Positions 62,357 to 64,000 of a DNA stretch of 64,000 nucleotides are shown piece after piece. The translations under genes and the position numbers were made by a program. The notes under the pieces are model-generated. The model did not search any database. It saw nothing but the letters and a program-made list of their open reading frames with translations, and was not told the DNA's origin. Location: positions 1 through 64,000 of the forward strand of contig OY759598.1 in NCBI GenBank assembly GCA_963662435.1, read 5' to 3'. This stretch comes from Dehalococcoidia bacterium. GTDB lineage: Bacteria; Chloroflexota; Dehalococcoidia; Lucifugimonadales; VXLM01. Positions within the stretch are counted from its first letter, which is position 1. Each line of letters opens with the position of its first letter.

Positions 62357-63970
62357 CTATGGTTCTCCGCTTTCGGCGACGGCAGGAAGGGTGAAATAGA
62401 AACTCGACCCCTCCCCTAGCTTGGATTCGGCCCAGATACGCCCTCCATGCCTGTCGATGATCCTCTGGCAGATCGCGAGACCTATGCCGGTGCCCGGTAT
62501 CTCGGCATTCCGATGGAGTCGCTTGAAGACTCCGAATATCCTGTCCGCGTACCTTTGATCGAACCCTACCCCGTTGTCGCGAATTGTGAATGTCCAATGT
62601 TCGCCGTCACGCTCGGCGGCAAGCTCAACACGGGGTCGTTTCTCCGACCGGAACTTCAGCGCGTTCCCGATGATGTTCTGAAGCAACTGCCGCAGCTGTG
62701 AAGGATCTCCCATCACCCTGGGGAGGTCGGAGTAGACGATCTCGGCGTTGCTCTCGCCGATAGCCACTTCGAGGTTTGACAGCGTCTCCTCGAGAAGAGG
62801 GACGGTTTCGGTCGGCGTCAACTCTTCGCCACGCGTGCCAACCCTCGAATACGCAAGGAGATCGTGTATGAGCCGCTGCATTCTATTGGCGCCGTCCACT
62901 GCGAAGTGGATGTACTTGTCGGCGCGATCGTCGAGCTGGTCGCCATATCGACGCCCCAGGAGCGCGACATAACTTGAGACCATTCGAAGCGGTTCCTGAA
63001 GGTCGTGAGAGGCAACGTAGGCGAACTGCTCCAACTCGCGATTGGAGCGTGACAGCTCTTCGGCCTGTTGCGAGAGTTGGGCATGAAGCTGTGCGTTGGC
63101 AATCGCGCCCGCAATGTATACTCCTATACGTTCCGCCAAGAGGCGGTGTCGCTCCGAGTAGGCGGACTCGGTTAGGGAGTGGAGATTTAGGCACCCAATC
63201 GGTTCACCGCGATACAGAAGGGGGGCCGACAGGAACGACCGAAGCCCCATGCCGTAAGCGCCGACCAGGCCGACGTATCCCTCAGAAGCCTCCGCTTCGT
63301 TCATGGGCTGAAATACAATGCACCGTTGGGTCTTGATAACTGCTTGAGACAGGGTGCCCTCGACCGAGTACGACTGGTCCCTGGCTCGGCCCGGCACCTC
63401 TACCACGCTTGACTGGTAGGAATCCACCATGTGATCGGGTCGGTCCCCGGTCAGGTTGATAACGATTCGATCAAACGGAAGGAGCTGAGCCACCTCACGG
63501 GCGAATCGGTGGTATACCTCATCGATTGCGAGCGATGACCCAATGATGCGGGCGATATTCGAGAGAGTCTCTTGATCACGGGTTCGCCTTCGCTGTTCGG
63601 CGATGCTTGCTCTGAGGGCGTTCTCGGCGCGGCGGCGGTCGGTGATATCGTAGCCGTAAATGTGACCGACGCCGTATTCCTGCATCCCAACAACAACGAA
63701 ATGAAACCATCGGCTCCCGACATCTGCCTCCAGATTGAAGTGGCCATCGTTTGCAATGGTCTGTTCGATGTTCAGGCTGCTCAGGGCTGGAAGGATGCTG
63801 ACTAGGGAAGAACCTTCCATGGCCAAAGGGCCAAAGACCTCGGCAACTGCCGGGTTGATGGTGAGCACGGTGCCGCTGGAGTCAAAACGAAGAACCGGCG
63901 ACGGATTGAAGTATGCGAATGACGGCGCTTCCGGTTCATCTATCTGGCCCATAGCCAGACCGTCGTCCAA
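62357..63970 (-). CDS. PAS-GAF sensor histidine kinase (Cph1-like transmitter)
   Basis: ELEQFAYVASHDLQEPLR, NIIGNALKF, DNGVG and GTGIGLAIC. Confidence 0.93.
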   Translation of the reverse strand: MDDGLAMGQIDEPEAPSFAYFNPSPVLRFDSSGTVLTINPAVAEVFGPLAMEGSSLVSILPALSSLNIEQTIANDGHFNLEADVGSRWFHFVVVGMQEYGVGHIYGYDITDRRRAENALRASIAEQRRRTRDQETLSNIARIIGSSLAIDEVYHRFAREVAQLLPFDRIVINLTGDRPDHMVDSYQSSVVEVPGRARDQSYSVEGTLSQAVIKTQRCIVFQPMNEAEASEGYVGLVGAYGMGLRSFLSAPLLYRGEPIGCLNLHSLTESAYSERHRLLAERIGVYIAGAIANAQLHAQLSQQAEELSRSNRELEQFAYVASHDLQEPLRMVSSYVALLGRRYGDQLDDRADKYIHFAVDGANRMQRLIHDLLAYSRVGTRGEELTPTETVPLLEETLSNLEVAIGESNAEIVYSDLPRVMGDPSQLRQLLQNIIGNALKFRSEKRPRVELAAERDGEHWTFTIRDNGVGFDQRYADRIFGVFKRLHRNAEIPGTGIGLAICQRIIDRHGGRIWAESKLGEGSSFYFTLPAVAESGEP

Positions 63971-64000
63971 CTCGGGAAAACGCCCTACCGCATCGTCGGC

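Noticed and set aside
62357..63970. Bacteriophytochrome photoreceptor
   Set aside because: Only the transmitter is Cph1-like; no DIP motif or PHY domain is evident in the sensor region.

Overview
Bacterial chromosomal window, probably from a Chloroflexota (Dehalococcoidia/SAR202-like), possibly host- or sponge-associated genome. That assignment is inferred from gene content and repeat types and is not proven. The left third (~1-21.7 kb) is accessory. It holds a frameshift-riddled GAF/PAS histidine kinase, gene relics, an IS4 inserted into a REP palindrome, an intact hopanoid cluster (hpnH-orf-hpnG-hpnA-shc), a truncated helicase, a putative integrative element module (tandem replication-relaxation protein, HTH-coiled-coil-TM protein, VapBC, large serine recombinase) and a P4-like tyrosine integrase next to tRNA-Leu(CAA). 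The rest is mostly core or metabolic: lipoproteins, a DipZ-like redoxin, an MFS transporter, a second VapBC, an amidase, a DUF3179 lipoprotein with an in-frame UGA (likely selenocysteine, UxxC, with a SECIS-like hairpin), citrate synthase, a complete F1Fo ATP synthase operon with an extra receiver-like gene between atpA and atpG, SDRs, a ~1870-aa S8 protease/FN3/LRR gene split by IS5, an 8x65-bp tandem array and a Cph1/Rcp1-like two-component pair. Intergenic regions carry mosaic clusters of palindromic REP-like units, some bounded by terminal inverted repeats. All calls come from reading the sequence; no database searches were run.
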